This document shows, one piece after another, positions 36,794-38,099 of a stretch of DNA of 38,099 bases; the first letter of the stretch is position 1, and the number at the start of each line of letters is the position of its first letter. Both the position numbers and the translations under genes were made by a program. Under the pieces are notes generated by a model, which had not been told where the DNA came from, made no database searches, and worked only from the letters and a program-made list of their open reading frames with translations. Origin of the DNA: Vezdaea acicularis (lineage: Eukaryota). The DNA is taken from positions 1 to 38,099 of the forward strand of contig JAPEUI010000142.1 of NCBI GenBank assembly GCA_026025075.1, given 5' to 3'.

Positions 36794-38099
36794 CTATTGT
36801 CTCAATCCTTTTCTAATATCTATAAATACAACTTTCATTAAACGCATCCATCGTGTCCGGGCTTTCAATTTAGCCCTAGCAGCAGCAGCTGCTGCCTTAA
36901 AGACAGCCCGACGCTTATTGTAATCTTTAGTCCGTGCCCTTTTAAGCTGCCCTTCTAGCTGTTTAACATCGTCTTCCTGGCGCTTCTTGACTGATAGTCG
37001 AGCTTGTCCCACTGAGATGACTCCACCTTGCTGGACTACTCTATTAGTTAAGCCTTTTCTAGTTGCCCGGGCAAGGGCATCTGATTGATTGCGATGCAGA
37101 TCTTCTTCTATACGTTCTTTTGTATAAAATGCTGATAGACTGCCTTTGACAAAACGTTCCAGGTCATCCTTAAAAGGCGATGAAAGCAATTTGTCCTGGA
37201 CACGCTGAATAATGTATTCTGCCAATTGATCTGCCTGGGCAACTGTTGTGGGTGTCATGTCCAGAGAAGGGCTTTCAAGCCTTGGGGGCGTTATGAAAGC
37301 GTTAGGACGAGATGGTTGTCCCGTCTTTGGTAGTGCATTGAGTACCAGGTCAGGATTATAAGGATACAATCCTGATCTGCGCCATGCAGAAGATATATTT
37401 GTTGGTTTAAAAGTTTGTTTCCGGACGATTGAAAGAGCAGCTAGGAAATCTAATTTGTTGAAGTCTAAGTTGCTCCGCAAGGCAGCTTCATCCAGGACAA
37501 CAGATTGATAGTGTTTATAAGGTTGGAAGCATCCCACATCTAATGGTTGTAATATATGGGTCGTATGAAGGGGCAGTAAGAATAGATGGATGCTTTGTTC
37601 TTCGCAGTATTGAACAAACTCCATGCTCAGGTGTGTTGTGTGTCCATCTAGGACAAGCATCCGGACAGCGCCAACCTGACGCCTAGCGCTGAGCTTATCA
37701 AATTGTTTTATCCAAGCAAGAGCTATATCATCGTTGATATAACCTGTATTGCTGACAGCTAGAAGTGTTCCGTTACCCAAGTCATTGCTGACCCAAGGCG
37801 CCCGAATCTGTTTGGCTGCAAATATGACCAATGGGGCAAAGACAACTCCATCTGCACTGATGCACTCAACAACAGTTAGACTCTCTCGATTTGCAGAATT
37901 GGATATAGTGTCCTTGTTTTGTCCTGATTTCAACAGTTTATTCAGGATAACTTTCTGTGCCCGTCCCATGCTCAACTGAAAACCTGATTCATCAACGTTA
38001 TATAAATCTGCTGTCTGGACGCCGTGATTTATGATTGCTTCATTGAAGGCAACAAAGTGTCTGGATATAGCGTTGAAATCCATTGCCCCTCTACGCTCT
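36794..38099 (-). CDS. pogo/Fot1-like DDE transposase, N-terminally truncated by window edge
   Basis: YNVDESGF, ESLTVVECISADG, MLVLDGHTTH and LPLHTTHILQPLDVGCFQPYK. The frame stays open to the window end (ERRGAM...). Confidence 0.93.
   Translation of the reverse strand, partial: ERRGAMDFNAISRHFVAFNEAIINHGVQTADLYNVDESGFQLSMGRAQKVILNKLLKSGQNKDTISNSANRESLTVVECISADGVVFAPLVIFAAKQIRAPWVSNDLGNGTLLAVSNTGYINDDIALAWIKQFDKLSARRQVGAVRMLVLDGHTTHLSMEFVQYCEEQSIHLFLLPLHTTHILQPLDVGCFQPYKHYQSVVLDEAALRSNLDFNKLDFLAALSIVRKQTFKPTNISSAWRRSGLYPYNPDLVLNALPKTGQPSRPNAFITPPRLESPSLDMTPTTVAQADQLAEYIIQRVQDKLLSSPFKDDLERFVKGSLSAFYTKERIEEDLHRNQSDALARATRKGLTNRVVQQGGVISVGQARLSVKKRQEDDVKQLEGQLKRARTKDYNKRRAVFKAAAAAARAKLKARTRWMRLMKVVFIDIRKGLRQ

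Larger units (their letters stand above)
36129..38099 (-). mobile_element. pogo/Fot1-like (Tc1/mariner superfamily) DNA transposon, 5' part outside window
   Basis: DDE_1-type transposase and a candidate terminus after TA (36127-36128) containing tandem direct repeats. The boundary is inferred because the other TIR is not in the window. Confidence 0.8.

Noticed and set aside
36098..36841. 247-aa plus-strand ORF of VVLTGS hexapeptides resembling a beta-helix protein, and the minus-strand repeat ORFs
   Set aside because: A by-product of the 18-bp array. The consensus codons cannot become stops by single transitions, the start is non-ATG, and substitutions look mutational rather than selected.

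Overview
Gene-dense, intron-containing nuclear DNA of a filamentous ascomycete (Pezizomycotina-type GT..CTRAC..YAG introns of about 45-175 nt). The ORF track fragments most genes, so models were spliced by eye. The left ~27 kb is mostly housekeeping: a hypothetical gene, Mediator Med27, an RRM protein with UBM-like and WxHD motifs, Arp8 and Arl1 (divergent), a small-subunit catalase, eIF4G, the Atg15 lipase and a VPS9-domain GEF. The right ~11 kb looks more accessory: a divergent BSC6/TsgA-like MFS + AsaB/CmcJ-family dioxygenase pair, a 59-codon microprotein gene below the ORF-track cutoff, a BetB-like betaine aldehyde dehydrogenase, and one end of a pogo/Fot1-like DNA transposon. The transposon carries a 26-copy, 18-bp, RIP-scarred tandem array between its transposase stop and its terminal repeat. 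Best leads: the microprotein and its GATC-rich palindromic promoter, the transposon array, a stop-free in-frame 174-nt structured intron in eIF4G, and the ALYREF/POLDIP3-like protein. No database searches were run; family calls rest on recognised motifs.
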